Counted from the first letter of the stretch, positions 1-12,400 are shown. The stretch: DNA of 64,000 nucleotides from Longimicrobiales bacterium (GCA_965219445.1 CBDCNQ010000001.1:128001-192000); one strand, 5' to 3'. Translations and numbers: made by a program. The notes: generated by a model not told the origin, from the letters alone.

Positions 1-1
1 G

Positions 2-151
2 ATGCGACTCGTCGACCGTACCACGGGAAAACTCGCCTCGCAATGGTGTCCCCAGGAGGAGCAGATCCTCGAGATGTTCCTTCCGGGCACCGAGCCCACG
101 GAGTATTGCGACACGGACGATTTCAGCCTGTTCCGAGTTCCGACGCAGTGA
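2..151 (+). CDS. C-terminal end of a probable penicillin-binding protein 1A family protein (partial, runs in from window edge)
   Basis: Frame 2 reads ...VDRTTGKLASQWCPQEEQILEMFLPGTEPTEYCD...*, resembling the D-x-x-TG-x-LA-x3-CP...F-x-x-GTEP-x3-C tail of PBP1A proteins; TGA at 149-151. Confidence 0.6.
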   Translation: MRLVDRTTGKLASQWCPQEEQILEMFLPGTEPTEYCDTDDFSLFRVPTQ

Positions 152-170
152 GGACCCGCCAGTTTCTAGG

Positions 171-431
171 TCACGTGTCCCGGTTCACCAAAAAGCGCTT
201 GCGGGCACCCCGCACTGCGTCGTCCACCCTGTCCTTTACGTCCTCGGCGAGATCTTCCCACTGATCGCTTGCTGAATCCTTCAACTCTCCCGCGACCCGG
301 CGGATCCTCCTGCGTGTCCTCATGCCGGCCTCCGGAGCCGCGAGCAATGCGATACCCGCACCGACCATCGCCCCCAGGACGAAGCCCGATATGAACGTCA
401 TGGCATGCGCATCATGATCGTAATCCATCAC
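171..431 (-). CDS. YtxH-domain protein
   Basis: FISGFVLGAMVGAGIALLAAPEAG...TRRRI is the typical YtxH N-terminus. Confidence 0.8.
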   Translation of the reverse strand: MMDYDHDAHAMTFISGFVLGAMVGAGIALLAAPEAGMRTRRRIRRVAGELKDSASDQWEDLAEDVKDRVDDAVRGARKRFLVNRDT

Positions 432-571
432 CGACTCCTCATCGCGGGTTCAGCCGTCGAGCATCGGGCACGCCGCATCTCGCTTAGACGCCTGACCTCG
501 ATTCGGGTTTATATTGAGCTAGGCGTTTCGACGTCATAGAGCAATCTATCGGAACCATCGCACAGGGGGAT

Positions 572-997
572 ATGCGCGTTCTGGGAATCGACCTCGGGGA
601 ACGACGTGTGGGTGTCGCGGTCAGCGATCCCACGGGTGCGATCGCCCAGCCGCTACCCACGCTCCAGAGACGAGCCGGCAAGCGAATGCCTCTCGCAACA
701 CTCCAGAACCTCGCGGAACAATACGAGGTCGAAGGGATCGTGATGGGCCTCCCTTTGGCGCCCTCCGGAGATGATACCGAGTGGACCCGAACGGTCCGCG
801 AAGTGGCAAGCAACCTCGAAGAGCGTTCTGGCCTGCCCGTTTACCTCGTGGACGAACGATTCACGTCCAGGACCGCGGAGCGTGCCATCCGCGGGCTCGG
901 TCTTCCCAAGAAGAAGAGAGAGCAGAAGGGACGCGTAGACGCTGCGGCAGCGGTTCTCATCCTGCAGAGCTGGCTCGACGCCAAGGCACGGTCATGA
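572..997 (+). CDS. ruvX: Holliday junction resolvase-like / pre-16S rRNA nuclease RuvX (YqgF)
   Basis: LGIDLGERRVGVAVSD, VDERFTS and VDAAAAVLILQ motifs. Confidence 0.95.
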   Translation: MRVLGIDLGERRVGVAVSDPTGAIAQPLPTLQRRAGKRMPLATLQNLAEQYEVEGIVMGLPLAPSGDDTEWTRTVREVASNLEERSGLPVYLVDERFTSRTAERAIRGLGLPKKKREQKGRVDAAAAVLILQSWLDAKARS

Positions 998-2013
998 AGA
1001 CCTCGCGACCACGCTCCTCGGCACTCTCCACCACCCTTGGCCTCATCGCCGCGAGCTACGCCGCGCTGGGCATGGCGGCTTGCGTAACGGACGAGCCGAC
1101 CCAGGCGATCGAAGTGACCGTACCGGTCGGCGCTACCTTCGACTCGGTGCTGGACACCTTGGTCAACCGGGGCGTGGTGGCCGGAGGACGCAGGTTTCGG
1201 TTCTACGCCCGCATCACCGGAGCCGATCGGCGAATTCGGTCGGGCAGCTACTCCCTGGCCCCTGGGGCGTCCTGGGAGGAGATCCTGGACACGTTGACTT
1301 CGGGACGGGTGATGACATTCGGATTGACCATACCGGAGGGCTTCACGATCGACGACATGGTGCTCCGCGTGGCTGAAACCGTCGAGCGCCCCGCCGATGC
1401 GGTTCGCGCCCGCCTGACCGATCCCGATGCCCACCAACAGTGGAACGTGCCTGGGCCCGGACTAGAGGGATACCTGTTCCCAGACACATATCGCTTCGCT
1501 CGTGGAGTCGCCATGGATGTCGTGATCGAGGAGATGGTGACGCGGTATCAGGCGGCCTGGACTTCCGCGCGAGTCGCTCGACTCGAAGCGTTGGATATGT
1601 CCGAGAACGAGCTGATCACGCTGGCCTCGATCATCCAAGCCGAGGCACAGCGTGTCGAGGAGATGCAGACGATCTCCGCCGTGTACCACAACCGTCTGCG
1701 ATTGGGCTATCGGCTTCAGGCGGACCCGACGGTCCTATACGCGCTAGGGGGACGCCGAGAGCGGCTCCTCTTCGCGGCGATCGATTCGGTAGCGGACAAT
1801 CCCTACAACACCTACACCCAACGGGGCCTCCCACCGGGGCCCATCGCCGCACCCGGTGAGGCAGCGATCCATGCGGCGCTCTATCCGGCGGATGAGGGCT
1901 ACCTCTACTTCGTGGCGCGCCCGGACGGCAGTCACATCTTCACGAACAGCCTTGAAGAGCACAATCGAGCCCGGGAGATTGCCCGCACTGAGCGGAGCGC
2001 CGCCAAACCATAG
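994..2013 (+). CDS. mltG: Endolytic transglycosylase MltG
   Basis: ATGA overlap with ruvX; TIPEG, LEGYLFPDTY, LASIIQAE, LQADPT, NPYNTY..GLPPGPI. Confidence 0.93.
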   Translation: MKTSRPRSSALSTTLGLIAASYAALGMAACVTDEPTQAIEVTVPVGATFDSVLDTLVNRGVVAGGRRFRFYARITGADRRIRSGSYSLAPGASWEEILDTLTSGRVMTFGLTIPEGFTIDDMVLRVAETVERPADAVRARLTDPDAHQQWNVPGPGLEGYLFPDTYRFARGVAMDVVIEEMVTRYQAAWTSARVARLEALDMSENELITLASIIQAEAQRVEEMQTISAVYHNRLRLGYRLQADPTVLYALGGRRERLLFAAIDSVADNPYNTYTQRGLPPGPIAAPGEAAIHAALYPADEGYLYFVARPDGSHIFTNSLEEHNRAREIARTERSAAKP

Positions 2014-2062
2014 AGGCCCGCCCGGTGGCGTCGGCCGACCGACCGTACGACAATAGCGTTCC

Positions 2063-2728
2063 ATGGCAACTCCCCTCCTCGCCGACCGGCTGCGCCTGAC
2101 CGTCATAACCGATGAGACATTGGTGCAGCCGCGCGCACTTTCCGATGTCGTCCGGGAGGCGCTCGCGGCCGGTGCCCCAACGATCCAGCTTCGGCTCAAG
2201 GGCGCCACCGCCCGTGAATTGTTAGACGCGGCCCGTCGGCTCATACCGATCGTCCGTTCAGCCGCAGGGCTTTTCATTGTGAACGACCGCCTAGATGTCG
2301 CGCTGGCCGTCGGCGCAGATGGCGTGCACCTGGGCCCGGACGACCCCCCGCTCATGGATGCTCGGACCGTGGCCGCGGAGCTGCTCGGTACCGTGGCGGA
2401 CACCTTCATCCTGGGATGTTCGGTGGACACCCCCGACGAGGCTGCACGGGCAGAAGCCGAGGGAGCGGACTATCTCGGGGTCGGTACCGTTTACGCCACG
2501 GCCAACAAGTCCAACGCGGGGGAGGTTATCGGCCTCAAGGGCCTCCGACGGGTGGTGGAAGCGGTCTCCATCCCGGTCGTGGGAATCGGCGGCATCACTC
2601 CAGAACGAGCCAAAGCCGTCGCGGCGACCGGGGCGTGTGGGTCGGCGGTCATCGGCGCGGTCATGGGTTCACCGGAGCCCGCCAAGGCGGTGGGGGCCCT
2701 ACTCTCTCCCTTCGGCGGACCCGCCTGA
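2063..2728 (+). CDS. thiE: Thiamine-phosphate synthase
   Basis: IQLRLK, IVNDRLDVALAVGADGVHLG, ADYLGVG, VGIGGI. Confidence 0.93.
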   Translation: MATPLLADRLRLTVITDETLVQPRALSDVVREALAAGAPTIQLRLKGATARELLDAARRLIPIVRSAAGLFIVNDRLDVALAVGADGVHLGPDDPPLMDARTVAAELLGTVADTFILGCSVDTPDEAARAEAEGADYLGVGTVYATANKSNAGEVIGLKGLRRVVEAVSIPVVGIGGITPERAKAVAATGACGSAVIGAVMGSPEPAKAVGALLSPFGGPA

Positions 2729-2751
2729 CGCGACCGCAGGTTCCAGAGGCG

Positions 2752-3561
2752 CTAGCCAGCCTCGATCAGCCTCCCCACTTGCTCCTCAGTGACGAAAAAT
2801 GAGCCGAGGGGATCCCGCCCAGGATCGTGCCAGTCGGAGCCGCCCGTCATGAGGAGTCCGGCCGTCTCGGCGGCTCGCTCCAGCTTCCTGACCTGACCTG
2901 GGGTCGAGCGAGGTCTATAGACCTCCAAGCCCTTGAGCCCAGCTCCTATAAACACAGGCAATAGTCTGTGCAGTGCATCCATGGGTGGGTGCGCCCACAC
3001 GGGAATCCCTCCGGCGTCGAGAATCAACCTGATCGACTCCTCGGGCGTTGCCAACCGTGTGGGCACGAACGCAGGGTGGTCGTCGCCGATCAACCGGTCG
3101 AACGCTTCGGACACCGATTTGGTGTACCCCTTCAGCACGAGCGCCCGTGCCAGATGGGGCCGGCCGATGGCCGACCGATCGGGGCCCGCCGCGTCGATGA
3201 CGTCGGCCATCTCGATGAGAAGCCCCTGGCGGCGGAGGCGATCCACCATCTCCTCCATACGGCTCTCACGGCCTCCGAGCGCGTGCCGCTCGTGCATCTG
3301 GATCGAATTCGCCTGCGGATCGACGAAGTATCCGAGGATGTGGTATTCCTCACCCTCATGCGTGCTACTCACCTCTATGCCCGGAATGAGCAGGAGAGAG
3401 AACGTGGCCGCGGCGTCTATGGCGGAGGGTATCCCCGCGACGGTGTCATGGTCAGTGATGGCCAGGGCGTCGAGACCGCCGTCGGCTGCTAGGCGGACGA
3501 CGTCCGGTGGACTCAAAGAGCCGTCCGAAGCCGTCGTATGAACGTGGAGGTCGAGCCTCAT
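2752..3561 (-). CDS. PHP-domain phosphoesterase (TrpH/YciV-like)
   Basis: DLHVHTTASDG, AITDHDT, HILGY, GRPH, AHP, GGSDWH; start placed at MRLDLH. Confidence 0.9.
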   Translation of the reverse strand: MRLDLHVHTTASDGSLSPPDVVRLAADGGLDALAITDHDTVAGIPSAIDAAATFSLLLIPGIEVSSTHEGEEYHILGYFVDPQANSIQMHERHALGGRESRMEEMVDRLRRQGLLIEMADVIDAAGPDRSAIGRPHLARALVLKGYTKSVSEAFDRLIGDDHPAFVPTRLATPEESIRLILDAGGIPVWAHPPMDALHRLLPVFIGAGLKGLEVYRPRSTPGQVRKLERAAETAGLLMTGGSDWHDPGRDPLGSFFVTEEQVGRLIEAG

Positions 3562-3664
3562 GCGGCCAATGTGTGATCCGGCCGCCCATCTCGCCACCAG
3601 GTCGCCATGGGCGGCGCGCCTGCATCCCTGAAATCCCCGTCGAGCTTATCGTCGGGCGAGACCG

Positions 3665-3990
3665 TCAGCCTGCGCTCTCCATGGCGTCCAGGAGCTCGTT
3701 CGTTTCGAGCCCGGCGGGGAGCTCCTCCGGGGCTTCAGTGCCACCGTACTCGGTGAGGATCATCAGATCCACGCCCTCGACCTTGAGCACACCACCCGCC
3801 ACGAAGAACCGCTCGCTGCCATCCTCCGGCAGATCGATGGACAACTCTCCAGTGCCTAGGAGCGCGATCATTGGCGCGTGCCGAGGTAAGATACCGACCC
3901 TGCCGTCCCACGCCGGGGCGACCACGGACGCGGCAGGACCGTCATAGAGCACCGAATCCGGCGAGACGACGCGGACATGAAGTTCCGACA

Positions 3991-3991
<1 letters not shown>
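3665..3991 (-). CDS. atpC: ATP synthase F1 epsilon subunit
   Basis: VVSPD..., GILPRHAPMIALL, FFVAGG; last gene of the atp operon. Confidence 0.93.
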
Positions 3992-5424
<1,433 letters not shown>

Positions 5425-5454
5425 CTATCTCCCGTCCGTGTTCGGCCCGTACCC

Positions 5455-6315
5455 TTATTCGAGGGCGGCCGCTCCACCGACGATCTCGGCGATCTCCTGG
5501 GTGATTTGACCCTGACGGGCCCGGTTATACGAACGCGTGAGGAACTCCAGCACGTCTCCCGCGTTGTCGGTAGCACTCTTCATGGCGCTGCGTCGGGCCC
5601 CCTGCTCGGCAGCAACGTTCTCGACCAGCGCCCGGTACGTCGCATTGCGGAGGTAGGCCGGAAGCAGCCTATCCAGAAGGATCTCGGCCTTCGGCGTCAG
5701 GATGAAGTTGTCGAGTCCACGGGACGTACTCCCTCCCTGGATCGGCAACAACTCGGTGACCCTCGGCGGCGTCGACATCGCCGAGATGAACTCCGAGCTC
5801 ACGATGTGGATCGCGTCAATACGGCCTGCCGCGAACTCATCCCGTAGGCCCGCAACTACTGACTCCGCATCCTCCATAGAGGGGTTGTCCCCGATATCGA
5901 CACGTGTCGACGCGATGGCATACCCACGGAAGCGGAAGTACGCGATGCCCTTCTTGCCCACGATGTGGAGGTCTGTCTCGATCCCCTCCGCGGCGAACCG
6001 TTCGAGAAGGAGGCGGGCCTCCTTGATGAGGTTCGCATTGAAACCACCCGCCAGCCCCCGGTCTGCCGTGAGAAGCAGCACGGCGGCCCGTTCTACCTTT
6101 TCAGCGCGTCGGAGCAGCGGAAATTTTTCGGAGAGTTCCGGCGCATACAGGCTCCGGACGATCGACGTCAACGCGTCGCTATACGGCGCAGCCGCACGAA
6201 CTCGATCCGTGGCCTTCTTCAACTTCGAAGTAGCCACCAACTCCATGGTTCGCGTGATCTGCCGGGTGTTCTCCACCGACTTGATCCGCCGTTTGACGTC
6301 GCTCGAGCCCGCCAT
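5455..6315 (-). CDS. atpG: ATP synthase F1 gamma subunit
   Basis: RIKSVENTRQITRTMELVA, DRGLAGGFN, YNRARQGQITQEIAEIVGGA. Confidence 0.98.
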   Translation of the reverse strand: MAGSSDVKRRIKSVENTRQITRTMELVATSKLKKATDRVRAAAPYSDALTSIVRSLYAPELSEKFPLLRRAEKVERAAVLLLTADRGLAGGFNANLIKEARLLLERFAAEGIETDLHIVGKKGIAYFRFRGYAIASTRVDIGDNPSMEDAESVVAGLRDEFAAGRIDAIHIVSSEFISAMSTPPRVTELLPIQGGSTSRGLDNFILTPKAEILLDRLLPAYLRNATYRALVENVAAEQGARRSAMKSATDNAGDVLEFLTRSYNRARQGQITQEIAEIVGGAAALE

Positions 6316-6318
6316 CGT

Positions 6319-7893
6319 CTAAGCGCCTACTTCGGCCGGAGCCTCCGCCTCTACCTCGGCTGCGAAGATCTTGTTGTACTCCTCGATCGCTGCGACCAGC
6401 TGAGCTGTGATGTCGTCCGTGAGTTCGTTCTCCTCGCGGATCCCTGACAATACGTGTTCGTGCTGGGTACCGAGGAGGTCGTGGAAGCCCCGCTCCCAAC
6501 GCCTCAGATGCCGAACCTCGATCTCGTCCACATGCCCCTGCGTAGCCGCGAAGATCACGCAGACCTGGTTCTCCACCGGCATGGGCTGGTACTGACCCTG
6601 CTTGAGTACTTCCACCGTGCGCTCGCCTCGAGCCAGCTGGGCCTGCGTAGTGGCGTCTAGGTCGGAGCCGAACTGGGCAAAAGCCTCGAGTTCCCGGTAC
6701 TGCGCCAGGTCGAGGCGGAGCCGGCCGGCCACCTTCTTCATCGCCTTGATCTGAGCGTTGCCTCCCACACGGGACACAGAGATACCGACGTTTACCGCCG
6801 GGCGGACGCCGGAGTTGAACAGATCAGGCTCTAGGTAGATCTGGCCATCCGTGATAGAGATCACGTTCGTCGGAATGTACGCGGACACATCGCCGGCCTG
6901 TGTCTCGATGATCGGGAGCGCGGTCAGGGATCCCCCGCCCTGCTCGTCGGATAGCTTGGCCGCCCTCTCGAGAAGCCGCGAGTGCAGATAGAACACGTCT
7001 CCCGGAAACGCCTCGCGTCCCGGGGGTCGGCGAAGAATCAACGACAGCTGCCGATAGGCCGTCGCCTGCTTGGAGAGGTCGTCGAAAACGACCAGCGTGT
7101 GTTGACCCTTCCACATGAAGTGCTCCGCGATGGCCGAGGCGGAGTATGGTGCGATGTACTGCATCGGCGCCGGGTCGGACGCACTGGCGGCGATCACCAC
7201 GGTGTAGTCCATGGCGTCGTGCTCCCTGAGCGTCTCGACCACGCTCGCGACCTTTCCCGCTCGCTGCCCAACAGCGCAGTACACACAGATGACACCAGTG
7301 CCCTTCTGGTTGATGATCGTGTCTAGTGCGATCGCCGTCTTTCCTGAACCCCGGTCGCCAATGATGAGCTCACGCTGGCCTCGGCCGATCGGGATCATCG
7401 AGTCGATCGCCTTGAGGCCCGTCTGGAGCGGCTCCTTGACCGGCTGCCGCATCACGATGCCGGGAGCGACCACGTCGATCTGCCGGTTTTCCTCGATCGG
7501 CTCGACCGGGCCTTTGCCGTCGATAGCGTTGCCCAGCGCATCGACGACCCGGCCGATGTACCCCGGTCCGGCCGGAATATCGAGCACGCGGCCGGTCCGC
7601 CGGACCTGATCACCCTCGTGCAGCGCCGTCCAATCCCCCATGATGACCGCGCCGATGTTGTCCTCTTCGAGGTTGAGCGCGAGGGCCGTCACCGGCTCGT
7701 CAGAATCGGCCGGAGTGATCTCCAGCATCTCGCTGGCCATCGCCTTTGTGAGCCCGTAAATGCGTGCTATTCCATCTTTTACCTCTAGGACCTCACCCAC
7801 TTCTTCAGCCTGAAGCGCTTCCCCGTAGTTCTCGATCTCCGAAAGGAGGACGCCCTTGATCTCACTCGCCCGGAGTCCTGAGTCGTTAGCCAT
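6319..7893 (-). CDS. atpA: ATP synthase F1 alpha subunit
   Basis: [40 protein letters not shown]. Confidence 0.99.
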   Translation of the reverse strand: MANDSGLRASEIKGVLLSEIENYGEALQAEEVGEVLEVKDGIARIYGLTKAMASEMLEITPADSDEPVTALALNLEEDNIGAVIMGDWTALHEGDQVRRTGRVLDIPAGPGYIGRVVDALGNAIDGKGPVEPIEENRQIDVVAPGIVMRQPVKEPLQTGLKAIDSMIPIGRGQRELIIGDRGSGKTAIALDTIINQKGTGVICVYCAVGQRAGKVASVVETLREHDAMDYTVVIAASASDPAPMQYIAPYSASAIAEHFMWKGQHTLVVFDDLSKQATAYRQLSLILRRPPGREAFPGDVFYLHSRLLERAAKLSDEQGGGSLTALPIIETQAGDVSAYIPTNVISITDGQIYLEPDLFNSGVRPAVNVGISVSRVGGNAQIKAMKKVAGRLRLDLAQYRELEAFAQFGSDLDATTQAQLARGERTVEVLKQGQYQPMPVENQVCVIFAATQGHVDEIEVRHLRRWERGFHDLLGTQHEHVLSGIREENELTDDITAQLVAAIEEYNKIFAAEVEAEAPAEVGA

Positions 7894-7950
7894 TGCCCAA
7901 TCCCGTTATTCCATCAGGAAGGCCGGCGTGCACCGGCCGGATCTGTGCCC

Positions 7951-8514
7951 TCAGACCTCACCCATCCTGGGGAGGTCGGCCTTCAGCAACCTTCGGCGCA
8001 TGCCGTCGAGCCTTCGCCTCAGGGACCCATCGTAGATCGTGTCGCCCGTTCGGAAGATCGCCCCTCCGAGAATACCCGGCCTGACGCGGACGTGCGGGAT
8101 CGCTGTCTTCCCTAGTGCCACGGTCAGCCGCTTCTCCATTTCCTCCATGGACTTCTCATCAAATTGGCGGGCGAGCGTCACCTCCACATGCACGCGGTTG
8201 AAGTGCTGGTCCATGAGACCCATGTACTCGCGGGCGATCGCCCTCAGGAGACGTTGCCGCCTCTTATCGAGCGTGATCAACACGAAGTTGACAAGCCTCG
8301 TCGGCAACTTCTCGCCCAACACACGTCGCACCACGTCCTTCTTCTCGGCCACGGCGATTCTGGGCGTCTCCAAGAACCGGCGGAAGTCGTCATTTTCGTC
8401 GATGAGGCGCGCTACGATCCCGACCCCCGTGCCGTACGCGTCGACGCCTTCGTGGCGCTCCGCCAACTCGAAGAGCGCTTCGGCGTAGTTGCGAGCGACG
8501 GTCTCGTCTCTCAC
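7951..8514 (-). CDS. atpH: ATP synthase F1 delta subunit
   Basis: VARNYAEALF, ILGG...GD.IYDGSL; operon position. Confidence 0.95.
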   Translation of the reverse strand: MRDETVARNYAEALFELAERHEGVDAYGTGVGIVARLIDENDDFRRFLETPRIAVAEKKDVVRRVLGEKLPTRLVNFVLITLDKRRQRLLRAIAREYMGLMDQHFNRVHVEVTLARQFDEKSMEEMEKRLTVALGKTAIPHVRVRPGILGGAIFRTGDTIYDGSLRRRLDGMRRRLLKADLPRMGEV

Positions 8515-9098
8515 GCCTGGACCTCGCCCCCGCCGCTCAACTCGTCGATGAAGCCCATGACCAGCTCACGGTCCTTCTTTTCGTCGAGGCTCTCCTGAAC
8601 CAGCTTGGCAGCCGCGCCCAACGCCAGATCCACGGATTCCCTCCGAAGCTCGTCGAGTGCGGCATCCTTCTCGCGCTCGATCGACTCCTGAGCCCGCTCG
8701 ATCATCGCGTCACCCTCGGCTCGGGCCTTCTCTTCAATGTCCTGCCGGACTCTCTCGCCCGCTTCCTTGCCCTCGGTGATCATTTGCTGCGCCTGTCGCC
8801 GCGCATCGGCCATCTGCTCACGGTGCTCCGCCAGAAGCTTGGCCGCCTCTCCCCTTTCATTCGCGGCCTGGTCGAGCGTGTCTTGGATGCCGTCCTCGCG
8901 GGCCTGTACTGCCCCCAGGATCGGCCCCCACGCGAACCTCCAAAGAATGCCGAGCAGCGTGAGAAATACCAGCGTCGTCCAGACCGACAGACCCAGGTTC
9001 ACGCTGAACATCCCGCCCCCAGCCTCTTGCGCCATCACGGGCACGGGAAGAATCAGCGCGCACGCCCCGAAGACAGCGAGCATTCGTCTGCGTGTCAT
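8511..9098 (-). CDS. atpF: ATP synthase F0 b subunit
   Basis: TM helix followed by AWGPIL...RE and a long coiled coil; operon position. Confidence 0.93.
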   Translation of the reverse strand: MTRRRMLAVFGACALILPVPVMAQEAGGGMFSVNLGLSVWTTLVFLTLLGILWRFAWGPILGAVQAREDGIQDTLDQAANERGEAAKLLAEHREQMADARRQAQQMITEGKEAGERVRQDIEEKARAEGDAMIERAQESIEREKDAALDELRRESVDLALGAAAKLVQESLDEKKDRELVMGFIDELSGGGEVQA

Positions 9099-9373
9099 TG
9101 ATTCATCAGCAGAAACGAGAGGCCGAGACCGAAGAGCGCGGTACCTTCGACGAGCGCCGCGAAGATGATCGCTGCCGTCTGAATCTGCGCCGTTGCTTCC
9201 GGCTGCCGTGCGATCCCTTGGGCTGCAGCTGATCCAATAGGGCCGATTCCGAGCCCCGCGCCGAGCACGGCGCCCCCGATCGCGAGACCCACGCCAATGA
9301 GACCGATGGAGCTTCCGGCTGCTTCCCCATTTGCGGCAGCCTCCTGAACGACGGTAACGAGTGCGTGCAGCAT
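9095..9373 (-). CDS. atpE: ATP synthase F0 c subunit
   Basis: GAGLGIG, ARQPE, AALVEG. Confidence 0.96.
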   Translation of the reverse strand: MLHALVTVVQEAAANGEAAGSSIGLIGVGLAIGGAVLGAGLGIGPIGSAAAQGIARQPEATAQIQTAAIIFAALVEGTALFGLGLSFLLMNQ

Positions 9374-9401
9374 CGTGTGTCCTTTTGTTGTGTGACGGTG
9401 A

Positions 9402-10337
9402 CTAATGAGCGTGACGTATCAGTCCGATGAAGACGGACGTGAGCATCGCGAAGATGTAGGCCTGCAAACAGGCCACGAACAGCTCCAGAATCATGAGCGC
9501 ACTGGCCGCCCCGACCGACGCGAAGCCCACGAGGTAGCTCTGAAGCACGAAAATCATTCCCATGAGGGCCAGGATCAGCGTATGGCCGGCCGTCATGTTG
9601 GCCAGCAGCCGGACCGCCAGCGCGAACGGCTTCGCCAGCTTCCCCATGAACTCGACCGGTGCAAGAATCCCCAGCATGATGGGCCTCATCAAAACGGGAA
9701 GCCCCTTGGGTAGGAAGAAGATGGTCTTGGCGTACCCGACGGGCCCCAGAGTGACGAATCCCCCGACCTCAATCACGATGAAGGCGACGACCGCCAACGC
9801 AGCAGTCACGGAGAGGTTCGCCGTAGGCGTGATCCCCAGGGGCGTGAGTCCGATCACGTTCATGCCCAGAATGAAGAAGAAGAGCGTGAGAATAAACGGC
9901 GTGAAGGCATCCGCGCCGTGCCCGATGTTCGGCCTCACGACTTCATCACGGAAGTAGATGATCATGGCCTCCATGGCGTTGGCGAAGCCGCTAGGAGCCT
10001 TCTCCTTCCCCCTGTTTCGGAGGGCTCCGGCCAACGGAATGAAGGTCGCAAACATGAGGAGGGCGACCACCACCATGATCACCATCTGACGCGTCGGTGA
10101 CAGGTCGATCGCGAGGGACCCGATCTGAATCGGATCGATGCTCAGGGCGTCGAGGTGCAAGACCCCACCCCCGAACTCGATCTCCCTTGCATCACCGATA
10201 TGATGCTGGATGAAGTCAGGAAGCTCGTCCATGGGCATGGGGCCCGCCAGCTCTGCCGAATGCTCCGCAGCGTCCTGTGCCGCTTCCTGGCGGTACCCTG
10301 GAAGCACTCTGAGCAGACCCATCGTCTTTTGTATCAA
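9402..10337 (-). CDS. atpB: ATP synthase F0 a subunit
   Basis: PTANLSVT, KPFALAVRLLANMTAGH, LQAYIFAMLT. Confidence 0.97.
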   Translation of the reverse strand: MIQKTMGLLRVLPGYRQEAAQDAAEHSAELAGPMPMDELPDFIQHHIGDAREIEFGGGVLHLDALSIDPIQIGSLAIDLSPTRQMVIMVVVALLMFATFIPLAGALRNRGKEKAPSGFANAMEAMIIYFRDEVVRPNIGHGADAFTPFILTLFFFILGMNVIGLTPLGITPTANLSVTAALAVVAFIVIEVGGFVTLGPVGYAKTIFFLPKGLPVLMRPIMLGILAPVEFMGKLAKPFALAVRLLANMTAGHTLILALMGMIFVLQSYLVGFASVGAASALMILELFVACLQAYIFAMLTSVFIGLIRHAH

Positions 10338-10705
10338 TCTGTGACGTCCTTATCTGCAGCTTTCAGAAACGCGGGCTCGATCAGCAACAGACCGAAGAAG
10401 AATCCAGCCAAGGACAACAATAAGGCTTCAGCTCCAAGGGACTCGATGCGCAGAGCAACGAGCCCGGCTATGATGACCACCCCGATCCTGACGGCAACGC
10501 CCACACCCCACCATGTGAAAAAGCGGGAGGGTTCTCCCCGGGCTCGCAGCAGCAGCCCGAAGGCCGTGACCTGCACCGGGTAAGCGACGCCGGCCGCCAG
10601 CAGGACTCCCGTTCTCCCCTCCTCGTCCAGAAACGGGAAGAGGGCCGTGACCGCCATCGCGATCATCAAGAGTCCGGCCAAGGCGTAGCGCACCAGAGCT
10701 CTCAA
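10334..10705 (-). CDS. AtpI-like 4-TM membrane protein
   Basis: Hydrophobic 4-helix ORF directly upstream of atpB with overlapping stop/start. Confidence 0.7.
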   Translation of the reverse strand: MRALVRYALAGLLMIAMAVTALFPFLDEEGRTGVLLAAGVAYPVQVTAFGLLLRARGEPSRFFTWWGVGVAVRIGVVIIAGLVALRIESLGAEALLLSLAGFFFGLLLIEPAFLKAADKDVTD

Positions 10706-10707
10706 GC

Positions 10708-10971
10708 CTAGTCACTCTCCTCGCGGCCCTGCTCCTCGCGGGGCCGTATCGCGACCTGGACATAGAGGTTGTAAGAGCCGGCCGCACCGCCCAAGAGCAT
10801 CCCGAGGATCATCAGTAGCGACTCGGCCCCAATGCGTGTGCCGACCTTGAATCCGACCCATCCAAAGAGCGCCACCGAAGCAGCCAACGTCATCCCGTGA
10901 CCCAAGAACTGGGAAGATGCGCGAACGACCTCGCTGCCACGCTCTTCAGCCGGTTTTCCTTCCTCCGACAT
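10708..10971 (-). CDS. AtpZ/AtpI family protein
   Basis: FLGHGMTLAASVALFGWVG...ILGMLLGGAAG pattern; first gene of the atp operon; start uncertain (10971 or 10998). Confidence 0.8.
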   Translation of the reverse strand: MSEEGKPAEERGSEVVRASSQFLGHGMTLAASVALFGWVGFKVGTRIGAESLLMILGMLLGGAAGSYNLYVQVAIRPREEQGREESD

Positions 10972-11295
10972 CGGTTGGAACTCCGGTGGTGAACCCAAAT
11001 CCTAAGAAGAATTTAGACGCTTGTGAAAAAAAGAGCAAGCGCCGATTTACGGGCCGAAAACAGGGATTTCGAGACTAGTCCACGCTTGACGGAGGGGCGG
11101 CTCGGAGTCAACTTCGCGACGCACGGTATGACCCCTTTCGGGGGATCCGCACATAGGGCCGATTCTAGTCCAGGGGAACGCACCGCACCGGGACCCTGGG
11201 ACCTGGGTAGCGGGTAGGGTGCGTGGTCGTCCGCCGTGCCAGATTCGTCGCTCGTAGCGGCCATGGCATTCCTTTAGAGACGCCGGAACCAATTG

Positions 11296-12315
11296 ATGAC
11301 GTCATCGACAGAAGCGGTTGTACAGGATCGGGACCTCGAATTACTCCAGCGTGTGACACAGGTCGTCGACGAACTCCGAAACGAGATCGAAAAGCGGATC
11401 GTGGGCCAACATGAGGTCGTCGAAGGCCTTCTGACGTCCCTCCTGGCCAACGGGCATGTGCTGCTGGTAGGCGTACCTGGCCTGGCGAAAACGCTCTTGA
11501 TCAGTACGCTCGCCGAGGCGCTCGACCTGGAGTTCAGCCGGATCCAGTTCACACCCGACCTCATGCCCACCGACATCACCGGCACAGAGGTAATCGAAGA
11601 AGACCGCTCGACCGGCAAGCGCGTGTTCCGGTTCGTCCGCGGACCCATCTTCGCAAACGTCGTGCTCGCGGACGAGATCAACCGAACCCCGCCGAAGACG
11701 CAGGCCGCTCTACTTCAGGCCATGCAGGAACGGGAGGTCACTGCCGCTGGCGACACGTATACGCTCGATCCCCCGTTCTTCGTGCTGGCGACTCAAAACC
11801 CGATCGAGCAGGAGGGCACGTATCCGCTTCCCGAGGCCCAATTGGATCGGTTCATGCTGGAGTTGCCCATCGGATATCCCTCCAAGAAAGAGGAAGAGGA
11901 GGTGGCGATGCGCACGACGGGAGAGGAAGACCCGCAGGTCCGTCCCATCCTGTCCTCGCAGGAGCTGATCGAGCTTCAACACCTGGTGCGACGTGTCCCT
12001 ACGCCCCCGTCGTTGGTTTCCTTCGCGGTCCACCTCGCCAGAGCCTCTCGGCCGCGACTGGCGGAGACGGCGGCGGTGTCCGAGAAGTACGTCAGTTGGG
12101 GCGCCGGCCCCCGGGCGTCGCAGTACCTCGTGCTCGGAGCGAAGGCCATGGCAGCAATCCGTGGAGACCCCATCCCCTCTTACGACGACGTACGTAAGGT
12201 CGCACCTGCAGTGCTGGCGCACCGCATCGTGCTCAACTTCGAGGCGGAGGCGGACGGACGGGTCACACGGGACGTGATCGCAGAGCTCTTGGAGGAATCG
12301 GCTGGATGGACGTAG
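11296..12315 (+). CDS. MoxR-family AAA+ ATPase
   Basis: GHVLLVGVPGLAKT, RIQFTPDLMP, LADEINRTPPKTQAALL, ATQNPIEQEGTYPLPEAQLDRF. Confidence 0.95.
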   Translation: MTSSTEAVVQDRDLELLQRVTQVVDELRNEIEKRIVGQHEVVEGLLTSLLANGHVLLVGVPGLAKTLLISTLAEALDLEFSRIQFTPDLMPTDITGTEVIEEDRSTGKRVFRFVRGPIFANVVLADEINRTPPKTQAALLQAMQEREVTAAGDTYTLDPPFFVLATQNPIEQEGTYPLPEAQLDRFMLELPIGYPSKKEEEEVAMRTTGEEDPQVRPILSSQELIELQHLVRRVPTPPSLVSFAVHLARASRPRLAETAAVSEKYVSWGAGPRASQYLVLGAKAMAAIRGDPIPSYDDVRKVAPAVLAHRIVLNFEAEADGRVTRDVIAELLEESAGWT

Positions 12316-12400
12316 GTCCAAGTATCGAGGCGGGCGACCGCCCGCCGAGTACGACATGGCTGCCCAACACGCCGGGGCTGCCCAAACCCTCGAGGCCAGC

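Noticed and set aside
9095..9373. Na+-translocating ATP synthase
   Set aside because: The c subunit has VEGT rather than the Q...ES/T Na+ signature; consistent with H+ coupling
11100..11290. Structured RNA between atpZ and moxR
   Set aside because: Only short GC-rich hairpins with no recognisable motif; explainable by base composition
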